DNA of 64,000 nucleotides. It comes from Azolla caroliniana (lineage: Eukaryota; Plantae; Polypodiophyta). This document shows, in pieces, positions 12,201 to 24,806 of this stretch (the stretch's first letter is position 1; every line of letters starts with the position of its first letter). The DNA is taken from contig JBHGNT010000021.1 in the NCBI GenBank assembly GCA_043228905.1, positions 10,044,001 through 10,108,000 of the forward strand, given 5' to 3'. Both the position numbers and the translations under genes were made by a program. A model generated the notes under the pieces. It was not told the origin of the DNA and ran no database searches. It saw nothing but the letters and a program-made list of their open reading frames with translations.

Positions 12201-14380
12201 GAAATCTGATGCCGAAAGAGACCAGAGACTGTTCCCCCACCCATCTGCTCACGGAACGCAATCTCACCACCTATAACCAAACTGCTCTTCTTTGATAAGT
12301 GGGATTGGAATTCAGTGTTGGATGTCATCCTAAACAACCATCAAACAGATCAACTGAGTTAAATTTAGCTAAGACAAATATATTCAGCAAACATGAGGAA
12401 TAATTTAATGGCAATGTGAAACAGATCAGTACCCTCTTAAAGTTGGACCTTTGCGACGGGATTCAAACATTTCTGCCAAAGAAATATCCACAAGCAGTGA
12501 ACCAGTGTGGGGGGACTTATCTGATAGTTTCTTTTCACGCTTATTTTGCCACAACTTTTCAAAAGCTTTCAAAATTTCATCAACCGATTTCAGCTTGGGC
12601 CCCAGCTCCATCCCAGACTGCAGGCCTTCCATACCATAAAGATCATAAATCTTCCGCTTCCTTTCATCACTTAAAATTTCATAGGCCTCACGAATCCTCT
12701 GGAAATTCTCTGTAGCAATACCTTGCATCTGTAAAACAAATGACTATAAATTTAGAACAGACAAAATGCACCTTTTCTATTTCGTATTTTGTATTTTGTG
12801 AATATGTAGATTAAAGGGGATGAACAGCATATGCTTAGACACCTAGAGAGCATGCAAATTCTTTTGTTGCTATTCCAATTAGCATTATAGCCACAAACTT
12901 CTGGATTATATCTTAAATGCACTAAATCAAAGAAATCTAACCTAGAAAGCATGCAAATTTCTTTATTGTTATTCCAATTAATGGCATGGCTACAAACCTC
13001 TGGATTATATATTAAATGCACTAAATCAAAGAAATATAATCGAGAAAACATACAAACTTCTTTGTTGCTGTTCCAACTAATGTTATAGCTACAACCTCTG
13101 GATTATATCTTAAGTGCACTAAATCAAAGCAATTTACCCTAGAAGGCATGCAAATTTCTTCGTTTCTATTCCAACTAATGTCATAGCTACAAATCTTTGG
13201 ATTATACCTTAAATGCACTAAAATTTATTTTTTATTTTGTACTTTGTGAGGATGTTTTGTCGGAATAGGGAAATGCACTTTAATGTCTTTATCCATTTGC
13301 ACCAAATGCCAAAGGAAATTCTAAAATATGACCCAAACACCTAGGAATTTCAAATGACAGATGACAGAAGTATACAATAATCCTACGTCAAGGAATAAGA
13401 AGCAGCATGCACACATGAGAAGCCTTGCTTGTATATGTGATGATTCTAATTGAATGGGTAGGAATTTTGTTAATTCCTTGCCTTGGTGAAATTTGTGAGC
13501 TTTGAACATAAAATCTCTTAAATATAATACTTGACTAGAGAGATGCATATCTCTTTGATGCATATGTGTGTGTTTGTGTTCATACATCCACACATATGTA
13601 CATGTATGCATGCCTGTCTCTTTTATGCATATATGTATGTGCAAGTGTGTGTTATTTTCATACATCTACACATATGTACAAGTATATATGCATGTCTTTT
13701 TTATGCATATATGTATGCGTGTGTGTGTATGTGTGTTCATACATGACACATAGATGCAGGAATATGTGTGTAGACATCAAATATACAAGCATATAACTGA
13801 AATCCCATGGTGCTTGTATTAAATCGCCTATATGGAAGGCAAAACCCACAATGACACTATCAGAATGCAAAATGCCTTCCTTTTAATCATAATAGATATA
13901 CAACACGTTGGAACTATGAACTGTAGGAAACAAAACAAAACAACCCATTATGCAGATTCTAGAGAGAACCATCCTTAAACTTAGCCGCACTAGATACTGT
14001 TTATGGAGACATCAAACCTAGACAATTAAGAACAGTAAAACTAAACTCATAAACAGACAAAACGTTTCACTATATATGATATTCCATAACAATGCAAGAC
14101 AAAATGAAAGCAAACTATCATGGAGAAACCATTCGATTATCTCGATGAATTCGACAAGAAGCACAGAAGAAGGAAGCCGTGTGATGATAGATTGAAAGAA
14201 TCAGAGAGAGAGAGAGGAAGGAGCAAGAAACCAGACCTGCGGGGTTTGATGCTTGTCTGGGTGGTAGTGCTGAGCCCATTGGCGATATGCCTTGCGAATT
14301 TCTTCGTCGGATGCGTCAGGGGAGATGTGCAGAAGGGCGTAGAGCCCTCGATCAAGCTCACCATCGTCGACCCCGTCCAT
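248..14380 (-). CDS. ATJ13: DnaJ chaperone, DNAJC11 / AtJ13 (OWL1) family; 13 coding exons, 553 aa
   Basis: Exons assembled by hand with consistent phases: 14380-14237, 12728-12433, 12329-12132, 12049-11935, 4601-4515, 4426-4338, 4261-4177, 2551-2498, 1677-1597, 1500-1423, 913-650, 553-446, 310-248 (1662 nt, ends TGA). N-terminal J-domain [31 protein letters not shown]...[22 protein letters not shown]; C-terminal DNAJC11-type [25 protein letters not shown]. All introns are GT-AG except one GC-AG. Confidence 0.93.
3237..3846 (+). mobile_element. 5'-truncated LINE 3' end with (TTTC)n tail, in an intron
   Basis: [27 protein letters not shown] is near-identical to the LINE at 5.7-6.9 kb; followed by a 3' UTR and a TTTC microsatellite tail. 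Confidence 0.75.
3963..4082 (+). mobile_element. Very short 3'-terminal copy of the same LINE with (TA)n(TTTC)n tail
   Basis: ATGTAATCTCTTGTTTGGTTTTATAGGCCATTTTGACCTATTAAAAGACATT matches 3774-3826, then TA and TTTC tail. Confidence 0.65.
5717..6890 (-). mobile_element. LINE ORF2 C-terminal fragment inserted in the Copia 5' leader
   Basis: [18 protein letters not shown] (post-RT region of non-LTR elements), C-terminal [18 protein letters not shown] Cys/His motif, (TTTC)n tail at ~5717-5740; in-frame stop at 6215. Confidence 0.8.
6952..10724 (+). pseudogene. Copia gag-pol, disrupted
   Basis: Zn knuckle [14 protein letters not shown], protease WILNSGAS (catalytic D lost), integrase [32 protein letters not shown], RNase [13 protein letters not shown]; stops, frameshifts and a deletion near 10253. 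Confidence 0.9.
12843..13222. repeat. ~99-bp tandem repeat, about 4 copies, intron 1
   Basis: Units start at ~12843, 12942, 13041 and 13139 and share CTGGATTATATCTTAAATGCACTAAATCAAAG. Confidence 0.85.
13560..13775. repeat. Degenerate (TG/TA/CA) low-complexity repeat with an internal ~70-bp duplication
   Basis: TCATACATC(C/T)ACACATATGTACA...TTTTATGCATATATGTATG occurs twice. Confidence 0.6.
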
Positions 14381-14514
14381 GGCCCCACGGAACAGAAGGC
14401 AGCGCAGTGCTGTCGCTCCCCGCTCTCCAGGAGGGAGGTTTTAGAGCAAAGATTTCCCAGAAACCTAAAAGCCAGGCTAAGGCTAAGGCAAAAGGCAAGG
14501 TTACGCTAAACTAG

Positions 14515-14670
14515 CTGCTACTGCTACTTCTAGTTCTAGTTCTAGTGCTACTATGTACTAGCCTCTTCTTTCTTTCTTTCTTTCTTCCTTCCTTTCTTTG
14601 TTGACACTCACACACTCACTCACACCCAGGAGGAGGAAGTCCTCCTCCTCCTCCTCCTCCTCCTCCTCCT
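14515..14670. repeat. Microsatellite cluster upstream of the DnaJ start: (CTT/TTTC)n, (CA)n, (CCT)n
   Basis: Seen directly; (CCT) about 10 units at 14641-14670. Confidence 0.8.
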
Positions 14671-15969
14671 TGCCAACCTAACTAACCCACCAACCGATCG
14701 ATTCATGTCATCCATGAGACGAAGTCCAAAAGGAGTTGGTCGGTCGTCCGCCCATCGCTCGTCCCACCCATTGTCTCTCCTTCATGGGTAGGTTTGTGCT
14801 TGTCGAACCCCTTGAGAAAGTGGAGAAGCTTCCAATATCTTAAGGGATCAACTGACACTTAAGCATAGTCATCAATCTATCAATGACTTCGGGAGATTGG
14901 CTATTAAGCAACCATTCGTTGCCCAAAATGGGTAGACATTGATAAGGGTTGTTATGAATTGATATCATGTGTACACTTGCTCATGGAATTGATTGTTATT
15001 GCAATGGCTTGCTTACAACAACTCAGTTTACAAGGTTTGATATGAATATTATTTAGGCCATGAGTGGATACAAACATGATTACGATGCAAGGATAATAAC
15101 AATAGATGTTTACCCCGCTTTTTATCTTGAAAGATTATTCTTCATTAGTAGAAATTTTGCATACATGACGAAATGATCAAGTTGAAAACATTACAATGGC
15201 TCTAGCCATGATGACCTATGAAAACCACAAAGAAGGGTAGTGAAAGGCGAACAAGAGTGACATGAGACATCATATATGTGATGAATGTAGAATGTAGTGG
15301 GCCATAATGGTTAGTCCACACCACTTGCATATTAGCTACACAACTTTATGATGACCGCAATGAATCTTGACAAGGCATGACAAACAAACAAAAAAAGATT
15401 TCCCCTTGGGAACCTACCTATCCACCAATCAAACAAACTACATGCTCACCACGGAGTCCCCAATGTAAGATGGGTAAGTTGAAGCTTTGGACAAGATGTG
15501 TCATGGAATTGTGGGGGTTGAACCCAATGACCTTTTGGTCTTATTGGGCAACCTTACCAATTGCGCATTATTGTATTGTATAAGATTCCACTTATTACAT
15601 TGTAGATTGATCACTAGAAATTTCAAGAACCTTCTAGAGAATGCATCTTCATGCACTCTCTAGAATTTTTCTAGCTTTCATGCATACCTTCACATTCTTG
15701 TATAAATACTCAGGTGCACCTTGATTACAATCAAGGTGAACAACACCAGTTACGAAAGCATAATTCAGTTCTTGTTCTTTTGTCTATTTTTTCTCTCTTG
15801 CTTGTTCTCTTGTCTATTCTCTCTCTCTCGCTATCTCTTAGTATTGAGCCTTGTCTACTTGTCCGTGACAGTCTTGTTCTCTTGCTTATGCTCTCGCTCT
15901 CTCTTAGTATTTAGCCTCATCCACCCATTCGTGATTGTTTGTTCACCTTCCCATTTTCTAAGCCTCAGC

Positions 15970-18900
15970 ATGTCGGATCTTACCGAGAGAATAAATCAAC
16001 TCATGGAAGCTATGCATCAACTTCAACTTGAGAATGACAACCTTTGGGAATTGTTACGGAAGCTTCAAGTTGGAACACCGATGGAATTCGAAGAAAAAAA
16101 CAACTCTCCTCTTGCATCAACAAATGTTCTACCAATAGAGCCTGGTCCCTCGTCTAGTATTTCTCCAACTCCTCCCCATCCCACTACAAGTATGGAGCCC
16201 AAGATTAGTTTACCTGACAAGTTTGATGGCACAAGGAAACACTTCTGAGGGTTCATAAATCAGATTAAACTTATTATCCAATTACAACCTTAGTGGTATG
16301 CGGATGATTTTCATCAAGTTGGTCTCATTGGGACCCTTTTGTCAGGAGTTGCACAATCCTGATTTGCACCGTTGGTCGAAACTTCATCACCACTTCTACA
16401 AAATTTTCCTACCTTTCTGGCATAGTTCGAGCCAACATTTGGGGATACGGACCGACGCCGAACTGCCATTACCAAACTTTTTTCATTACATCAAGGTATG
16501 CGTCTGGTATCTGTTTATGCCTCTGAATTTAGACAATTACCATGTGATGTCCAGTGGGATGGCCAAGCACTCTACGACCATTTTCGTTAGGGCCTTCGAA
16601 GCGAGATTAAAAAATTACTAAACTTTCTGGAGCCTACGTCATTGTAGCAATCCATCACACAAGCAGTTAGTTGTGACAATCGGTTGTTTGAGCTTCGTCA
16701 AGAGGAACGAGCAACTTCAAGGTGGCAACACTCTTCAAGATCTCCTCCGTCTTCATCATACGATGACCCCGTGCTGATGGAAATTGATCGAAGGTTGAAC
16801 GGAGGTATCGTCGAACCAATGGACTATGTTTATATTGTGGTGCATCCACCCATCTAATTTGTTTTTGCCCAATCAAGAATAATCAATGACAAATATCTAC
16901 AAACAATACGACAAGACGACCCCAACAACCGAAAAACAATGGTGTCCAACTATAGTAGGAGCCATGTGGTTGGACAATCTGCATTCGTGTCGCACCCATA
17001 GTTCAGATGCATCGATAGAAGATTTCTCCTTTCCGGTAAGCATATATTTCAAGTCGATTTCAATTAGGTCCTTATCACTTCTCAATTTCGGGGCAACAAT
17101 GTGTTTTATGGATGAAAGGTTTGTTCGTAAACACAAATTTCCAGTTGTCCAAGCCAATCCCAGTGGAAGCTATCGATGGACGCATGCTTTCTTCTGGAGT
17201 AGTCACCAAAGCCACTGTCCCACTTATCTTACTACTCATGGAGCACTAGGAGGTCTTAACGTTTTATGTTACCACTTTACCACGACATCCGGTCATCCTT
17301 GGTTTGTCTTGGCTAAAGGCATATAATCCACTTGTCGATTGGCGCAATCACGCGATTAATTTCTCCCAAAATAGCTCAGAGGTGCAAGCAGTATCTCATG
17401 TTGTAGCAGCAATATGGCACAAATCGGTTTCAGGCGCGCACCCTCCCATTAAAGTAGGAATTAGCTCCAAGGCAGATGCTCACGTCCTAGTCACAACAAG
17501 GAAAATAGTGCACAGTGCCTTTGAGTCGAGCAATCCAATGAGGACAACTACCGACTCACTACCGTCCAAGTATGAAGACTTCACAGACGTGTTTGAGAAA
17601 AAGAATGTTGATCGCTTGCATGAGCATTGACCCTACAACTGTCCAATCGATCTACAAGAAGGTGCTAGTCCTCCCTTCAGCCCAATTTATGGATTGTCGG
17701 AACCAGAACTCCAGGCACTCCAAATTTATCTCAACGAGAACCTTGAAAAGGGTTTTATTCAACCCTCAAAATCACCACCAGGAGCTCCTATTTTGTTCGT
17801 GAAAAAGAAAGATGTCTCCTTACGCCTCTACGTTGACTATCATGGTCTAAACAAGATTACTGTTCACAACCGACACCCACTGCCTCTCATCCCAAAGTTG
17901 TTGGATCGATTCCGAACTGGGAGGATATTCTCTACGATTGACCTACAAGGAGCATACAATCTGGTACGGAGCAAACCTGGAGATGAATGGAAAACCACCT
18001 TTAGAACACGCTACGGTCATTTCGAGAACCTGGAGATGAATGGAAAACCGCCTTTAGAACACGCCTTCCATCGAGAATATCTAGATCACTTTGTTGTGAT
18101 CTATCTAGATGATATATTGGTCTTCTCTTCGAACATCAAGGTGCATACTCGACATGTCAAGTTAGTCCTCGCCAAACTTCGCAAGCATGGACTCTATGCT
18201 AAATGTGAAAAATGTGAAATTGATCGTACTTTTGTAGAGTTTCTTGGGTATGTCATCTCGACACAGGGAATCACAATGGACACATTGAAAGTCAAGACTA
18301 TCCAAGAGTGGGTTGTCCCAACTTAGGTATGAGATGTGCAATCATTCCTTGGTTTTGCAAATTTTTATCGTCGCTTCATCAAAGGATTCTCAGTGATTGC
18401 ACAACCTCTCATTGCTCTTACCCGCAAGGATGCTACTTTTGAATGGACAACAACTCCACAAAAGGCATTCACTTGTTGAAATAAGCCTTTACTATGGCAC
18501 CGGTCCTTTTACATCCTGACCCCACTAAGCCTTTCCAAGTCAAAACGGATGCTTTCGATTTCTCCATTGGGTCAATCCTCTCCCAGCCAAATGAGGTCGG
18601 TGTACGTCACCCGGTGGCTTACTACTCCCGCAAATTCACGGCACCAAAAATCAACTACCTCATATACGACAAGGAGCTTCTTGATATTATTGATGCTTTT
18701 GAAGAATGGAGACCCTATTTAGCTGGGGCGCAACACTATATCCAAGTGATTACCGATCACAAAAATCTAATATACTTTTCTACCACATGAACTTTAAATC
18801 GTAGACAGGCGCGATGATCAACCTTCTTGGCAAACTATGATTTTGAGATAATCTTTTGACCCGGCGCTCAACACACAACGACTGATGTCTTATCCCGTTG

Positions 18901-19900
18901 GTCCAAATTTGAGCTCACTCCGGAGGATGAAGCCATTGTCCAGCAATCCCATAGTTTGTTAAAGCCTGACCGATTCTACAACTTTTGCGACTTGCTTGCT
19001 CCAGGATGACTCTTTGCTCGAACAAATAGTAGAAGCCACTACGACTGATAAGTTCACCACAAAGGTAAAGGCAAGTATCACAAACCCCTCCCATGAACCC
19101 AAAAGGCTCGATTTAACTCGTTTTACAATTCAAGATAATCTTTTGTATGTCCCAGAAGGTTCGTGTCGGACCAGGGTGCTCCACGAGTGTCACGATGATC
19201 CACTTGTTGGTCATTTTGGCGTTGCAAAAACCTTGGAATTGATATCTCGGGGGTACTGGTGGCCACAACCATGGAATTTGGTCAAAGAGTTTTTTAAGTC
19301 ATGTGAAATTTGTGCTCGTTCTAAAGCATCTCATCATCGATCATATGGTCTCCTTCACCCTCTCCCAATCCCCAATCCCCAAACGGCTTTGGGCCTCTCT
19401 TTCCATGGATTTCATCATTGACCTTCCCTTTGTTGGTGGCTATGACTCGGTATTTGTCATGGTCGATCGCTTCACCAAGTTGGCTCATTTTGCTCCATGT
19501 GCCAAAACCATTGCCGGAGAGGAGACAACCGATTTGTTTTTCAAAAATGTGGTTCGACTACATGGATTGATGATATCACTTTTGATCGACGACCACAATT
19601 TGTTTCCAATTTTTGACGGCGCCTTCTACAAACCTTTGGTTGTACTGTTTTTCATGGTCGATCGCTTCACCAAGATGGCTTCAACATTTTGCTCTGACTC
19701 TGTCAATCCTTCTAGGGAGGACTGGGCACGTCTCTTGGAGGATGTACATTGCGACCTTTCCTTGGAGCTCACCCCCATTGGCGACCGCTAAAAGGAGCAA
19801 GTTGAACGTCTTCGCTTAGATGCTCCCCGGTTTGAGGTAAGTAACTTTGTTTGGCTTCTCCGTCGCAATATTTCCACCACTCGTCCTTGTCCGAAGCTTG
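15970..19900 (+). pseudogene. Chromovirus gag-pol, disrupted
   Basis: gag EPKISLPDKFDG, Zn knuckle CLYCGASTHLICFC, degenerate protease [25 protein letters not shown], RNase H TDAFDFSIGSILSQ, integrase GHFGVAKT...CEIC / SMDFIIDLP; many stops. Confidence 0.88.
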
Positions 19901-22900
19901 TGTAGGGAGGCGTATGGGTACGAGAAACCGGAGGGGCAAGGTTGGCATGAGCTCAATCGATGGGTGGCATCGGTGAAGTCCCATCGAAGCGCGATGGAAG
20001 CATTCCACGAGTTCGAGCATCGTTTTGCTCAACTCTCGGAGCGGGATCGGAGATCAGTGGGGGCGGACAAAGTCCTCCTATTTTTTAAGACGGTCCATCA
20101 GGAGGAAAGGATGGACATTTTATTCGAGCTCGAAGATGATCATGGAGCACACAGCCACACCGACGATTGGTTCGAAGTGGAGTGGGTATTCCTGCAACAC
20201 GATGAGAAGTGGTCGGCCAAAACACAGCCCACGAGCGGCGGAGAAGAGAGGGTGGTGAGTGACTACGCACTATTGGCGGAAGAGGGCTCAACGTGTAATG
20301 GTTTGGAGGAGTTCAACCTAGAAGCATTGATAGGGGAGGCATACGAGATCGTGAAGTCAAAGATTGAAGCCGAAGAGGGGTTTATTAAGGAGTCGGGTCC
20401 GAGAGGATCGGAGAACGCGGAGGAAGACACCTCCCTACGCACGGAGGACGGGGCCTATGTGGAGGCCGAAAGAGCTTATGACAACGACATGGGAGAGGGT
20501 GTGGAGCGAGTGACCCTCTCGTCTTGCGGTGAAGAGACGGCCATGGATAAGGCTGGGGATGATGGGACAATGAGCGCCACTTCGAGAGTGGGCGGAAGTT
20601 TCGGGACACGGTTGTCCGAAACATCGAACGGGGAGGAAGCAAGCGTAATCGAGGCTTGCGCGATAGGGGACGGGGTAGCCATGGATAACGATGTCCAGAT
20701 GGAGGTGGCTACAGACATGACGAGCGATGCTAATTAGCTAATTACCTTGCTCACACCGGTTCTTGAAACTTTGGCAGTCGGCCACAAGGGCCCACGTGAG
20801 ACCGGAGAGACGGACGGTGGCGGCGGCAACGCAGGCGACCAAGATGACGACAAGGCAAAGGAGGAAGATTGGACTGGATGGAGGTGAGACCCCTCGACAC
20901 CGGTGCCAGAGACTACGGCGGTTGCGTACCAACATAAGACCGGAGAGATGGGCGGTGATCGTGATGATGTGAGGCCCAGAGCTGGCATATACGAAAGGAC
21001 CGATGGAGAGGTCGAGAGCGCCAAAGAGGAGAGAGTCAGGAACCGACCCGACCGGAAGACGATCCGGCTGGAATTCCGGCCTGCACGGAAGAAGAAGGGA
21101 GCGGGGGCCGATCGATCGAGCCCAACCCGGAAGAGAGTCGAGTAAGCCGAAATTGTTCGGCCGAGTGTGATTACGGAAGAGAGTCGACCGAACCGGAACC
21201 CAATCAGCCGAGACCGATCCGGACAAGGGTTAAGATGACACGATTGGAGATCGAGGCATACAAGCCACAACACGTGGTGGGAGCCGGTGAGCGCGAGGAG
21301 GCCAAGCAAGCAGGATGACCACGGTTCGGTGGAAGATCGGAAACAAGAGGAACTCTCCACACCTATTCTCGAGAGTTCGGCGGTTGCGGATCAACGTAAG
21401 ACTGGAGGGCCGACGGGTGGCAACAAGGAGCCGGAGGCCGGAGCGGACAAGGGTGCTGGAACGGGCATCTGGTGCGGAAAGACGGACGAGCGGGGCCAAG
21501 AGGGCCTATCGGAGTTGGAAGGGACTACGACAACGAGGGGAGAAGAGGCCGATGCAAAGGTTGGGTCTACGACGGGTGAAGCGCATAATATGAAGCATGC
21601 ATTATGGCCGACGGAGGGCCAAGAAACGAGCATGCATCCGGAGGAGGCACAACGACTGACCGAAGATAGCGGTCGGGTTGAGCCTTTAAGAGGCAAGTGC
21701 GAGACGGAAGACGGAGCGGTGAGGTACTGGGATCGACGGATGAATGCTGTGTGCGGGGGAGTGTGCGCGGAGAATGAAGGACTACGCACCGGGAAGAACA
21801 AACACGACATCCCAGAGGATGTGCGGGGCCAAGCGGGTGTAGGTCAAGAAGAAGCGATAACGAGAGCCGTTAAGGACAGCGAAGTGGGGAACACCAACAC
21901 GGATGTCGGGATGGAGGTACGCTCTACCACGACTGAGCACCGCGAGCAAGTGCGGAATGAGGAGCGCGTAACATGATCACATAAGGACCTAAGAACAAGC
22001 GCACATTCGGAGGACGACATCGACGCACAAGAAGAGCCTACGGAAGCCAAGTGCGGAATGGAGGGAGTCAGAATGTTGAGGTGTTCGGGACGAGAACACA
22101 GTTGAACCGAAGGAGGGACACACGCGATACGCGAGGGGCGGAATCCGGCGTGCGATCGGAGTGACCGGGAGCCTAATCAAAGGGCATGCACGACGGATGA
22201 AGGAAGAGTGACCGGATCGGCAATGTGTTGTTCGGGAGGGTTACTATGACCGATCGGAGAAGAAGGTGCGAGCGTCGGATGGAGCCGATGGTTTGGGGAC
22301 GCGTGGTGGATCGAGAGGCTACAATGGTTTGTGTGGAAGGGACGGGCGTGCTTGAAATGGAAGACGAAGTCGAGCAAGGACAACAAGGACACGACGGAAC
22401 CCGGTTGATAACCATTGTCGAAAATATCACCTCTTCTCCTTTCTTGGCACATATCAGTGGATGTGCGGTTTGGTGGGGTGGATGTCATGAGGATTTTCGG
22501 CCATGGTGAGAAAACCCGAGCGGAACAAGTAAAGCGAGATGTGCAACATTGCACATATACTTAGGAAAATTGTAACACAGGAGTAAATAGACAAATGTAA
22601 GAAGGAAAAGTAAATTGTGGGGTGTAAATGTGATGTGCACTTTGTATACTAGATAGAGGAAAGTACATGAAGAATGGATGTAGGGAGTAGTGGGCATTGA
22701 GTGTGAATGTGAGAGGAGAGAGAGTTAAAGACCCACCGATTTAAAATCAAGGCCAGATATTCCCCATTGAAAGAAGGGGATTTGACCTCTCCTTTTGTAA
22801 TGTGCCTCACCCCTTACTACTAAGGGGGGTTGCCTATTTTGAGGTTGGAGGGGCTTCCACTTTTTGGGTTTCTTTGGGTTGCCATTTAGGGTTTTGAAAT

Positions 22901-23188
22901 TTTGGGTTTTAAGATCTCGTTTTAGGGATTTCATTGGTTTTCTTCTTCTTCTTCTTCTTCTTTTCCCCTATCCGGTTAGGGTTTCATCTAGAGTGGCCAT
23001 GGTTGTAATTCGTGTGGTGTTTTCGTAATATAATCATTCGATAAATATTGTCTTGTCTTGTCTCTAATCTTAATCTTTCTCTTCCTTCTCAGTTGAACTC
23101 CCAAGCTTCTCTCCCTTCTCTTACTCCCAAGTCCAAGAGCCCCGTGGTCCCGCCCCCTTTTCGACACGTACTCGCGGATTTCCCTGAT
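19901..23188 (+). mobile_element. Non-autonomous Gypsy derivative (gag fragment, low-complexity region, 3' LTR), related to the element at 30-48 kb
   Basis: EFEHRFAQLSERDRRSVGADKVLLFFKTV resembles the gag at 36.7-37 kb; PPT TTTGGTGGGGTGGA then LTR 22483-23188 whose 3' end (GTCCAAGAGCCCCGTGGTCCCGCCCC) resembles the LTR ends at 30.7 and 48.3 kb; no pol. Confidence 0.72.
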
Positions 23189-24762
23189 ATTGGCACACCA
23201 TCTCAAGCATGCCTCGGACATAGTTCAAGCATTTCATGAACGCTATCCACAAAAACCGGCCATGGGTCGTAGGAGGCGGCCTTAAAGGGAGGATAATGTC
23301 ATAGACAAGATGCCACATGGAATCATGGGTGTTGAACCCATGACCTTTTGGTCTTATTGGGCAACCTTACCAGTTGAGCTACATCTCTCTATGCATTATT
23401 ATATTGTACAAGATTCAACTTATTACATTGTAGATTGATCACTAGAACTTTCAAGAACCTTCTAGAAAATGCATCTTCATGCACTCTCTAGAAGGTTCCA
23501 TGCACTATCTAGTAGTTTTCTTGCTTTCATGCATACCTCCACATTCTTGTATAAATACTCGAGTGCACCTTGATTACAATCAAGGCGAACAACACCAGTT
23601 ATGAAAGCATAATTCAGTTCTTGTTCTTTTGTCTATGTTTTATCTCTCTTGCTTGTTCTCTTGTCTATTCTCTCTCTCCCGCTATCTCTTAGTATTGAGC
23701 CTCATCTACTTGTCTATGACAGTCTTCTTCTCTTGCTTATGCTCTCGCTCTCGCTCTCTCTTAGTATTTAGCCTCATCCACCTATTCGTGACACTTTGTA
23801 CCACAAGCCTAGTCACCGAGTCGACACAGATATCCCCTTCACCAACTAGAGGTAGCACCAATTTCTTCCATCCATCCCTCACCAAAAAGAAAGAACTAGA
23901 AATCTCCAAAAAGGAAGAGACTAGGTTGATTAATGACCTAAACCCCTTGGCTACTACACAAATAACAATACCTCCTGTGACACTTCATTGACGTTGGGGA
24001 GTTTTAAACATTTGCTTCACTAAATATTAAAAATCAGCCTTGGCTTGCAAGAACTTATCCTTGATTGGGAGGGATCCTTAGAACATGATAAACAAAGAAG
24101 TTACAGGAAGGATGTGCCACTCTTTAGTAGTACCCTCATGCCTCCTTTCTCCCATGTCAAGGGGACCTACGAGTATTGGATCATTGACCATCAACTCGGG
24201 TCGGACGTTGTCGTGGAGGATTCCAACAAAAGGGAGAAAGCTTCGTTAAATGCGTGTGAACATGGATGTGGAAGTATGCACATGAACTCAGTCTAATGTA
24301 TATGTTATCGCTAGGGCTGGAACATGGCCTAACACAGGGTGTCCCTTTGAGACACTTCACCAAGGGGTGTTGTGGTGAGATAAAGTTAGACTGACTATTA
24401 ATGGAACCCTAATTGGTTACTAAGCAGCAAGATCATTAGTCACAATACACGCGTAGGATAAATTACACTTAGCATAGAACGATAATCAACAATGATTAAG
24501 ATACAGAACAACAACACTCTATTAATTATCCACTAATGATTACAATCTAACCGAGCCCTTTTATAGGTCTCCGGCTTTAGGTACAAACCGGTGCCAACCG
24601 GCAAATGGCTACGAACCGGTCCAGATCCGGATCGGCATACCGATTCCGGGTCCGTCCATTCGCATCTCAAAATAATAATTATATATTATAACTAATCTGC
24701 TCCCGGTTATTAATTATCCCCCCTTTCCCATTCTGGACTTCCCTTGCCGGTCGGCTAACACA

Positions 24763-24806
24763 TGGCATGCCCGTGGGACAGTACCTTGTACGTCGAATCC
24801 CACGAT
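24763..24806 (-). other. tRNA-Arg-like 3' half (opposite-strand PBS) at the PPT position, copy 1
   Basis: Minus strand reads GATCGTGGGATTCGACGTACAAGGTACTGTCCCACGGGCATGCCA-TG|LTR. Confidence 0.7.

Larger units (their letters stand above)
15483..23793 (+). mobile_element. Ty3/Gypsy chromovirus (Tcn1-like), decayed, interrupted by another Gypsy
   Basis: Homologous LTRs ~15483-15934 and 23297-23793 (TGTCA...GTGACA); PPT AAAGGGAGGATAA before 23297; chromodomain tail AHHLKHASDIVQAFHERYPQKP at ~23189-23260. Confidence 0.85.

Noticed and set aside
14120-14509. 129-aa plus-strand ORF
   Set aside because: Antisense shadow of DnaJ exon 1; no recognisable motif
14700-15480. Possible decayed integrase or transposon fragment (AYNNS-like)
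   Set aside because: Too degenerate; no boundaries or continuous frame
23324-23388. Functional tRNA gene
   Set aside because: No anticodon stem and no paired acceptor stem; reported only as a tRNA-like cassette
24324-24333. ATGGCCTAA in family-A LTRs resembling the tRNA-Arg D-arm start
   Set aside because: Only 9 nt and on the opposite strand from the tRNA-like 3' half; could be chance
24761-24780. Element A or the 3.5-kb element as ordinary plus-strand elements with this site as their only PBS
   Set aside because: gag, integrase, extra ORF and the LTR TATA box are all on the minus strand, and there is no plus-strand PPT before 28222
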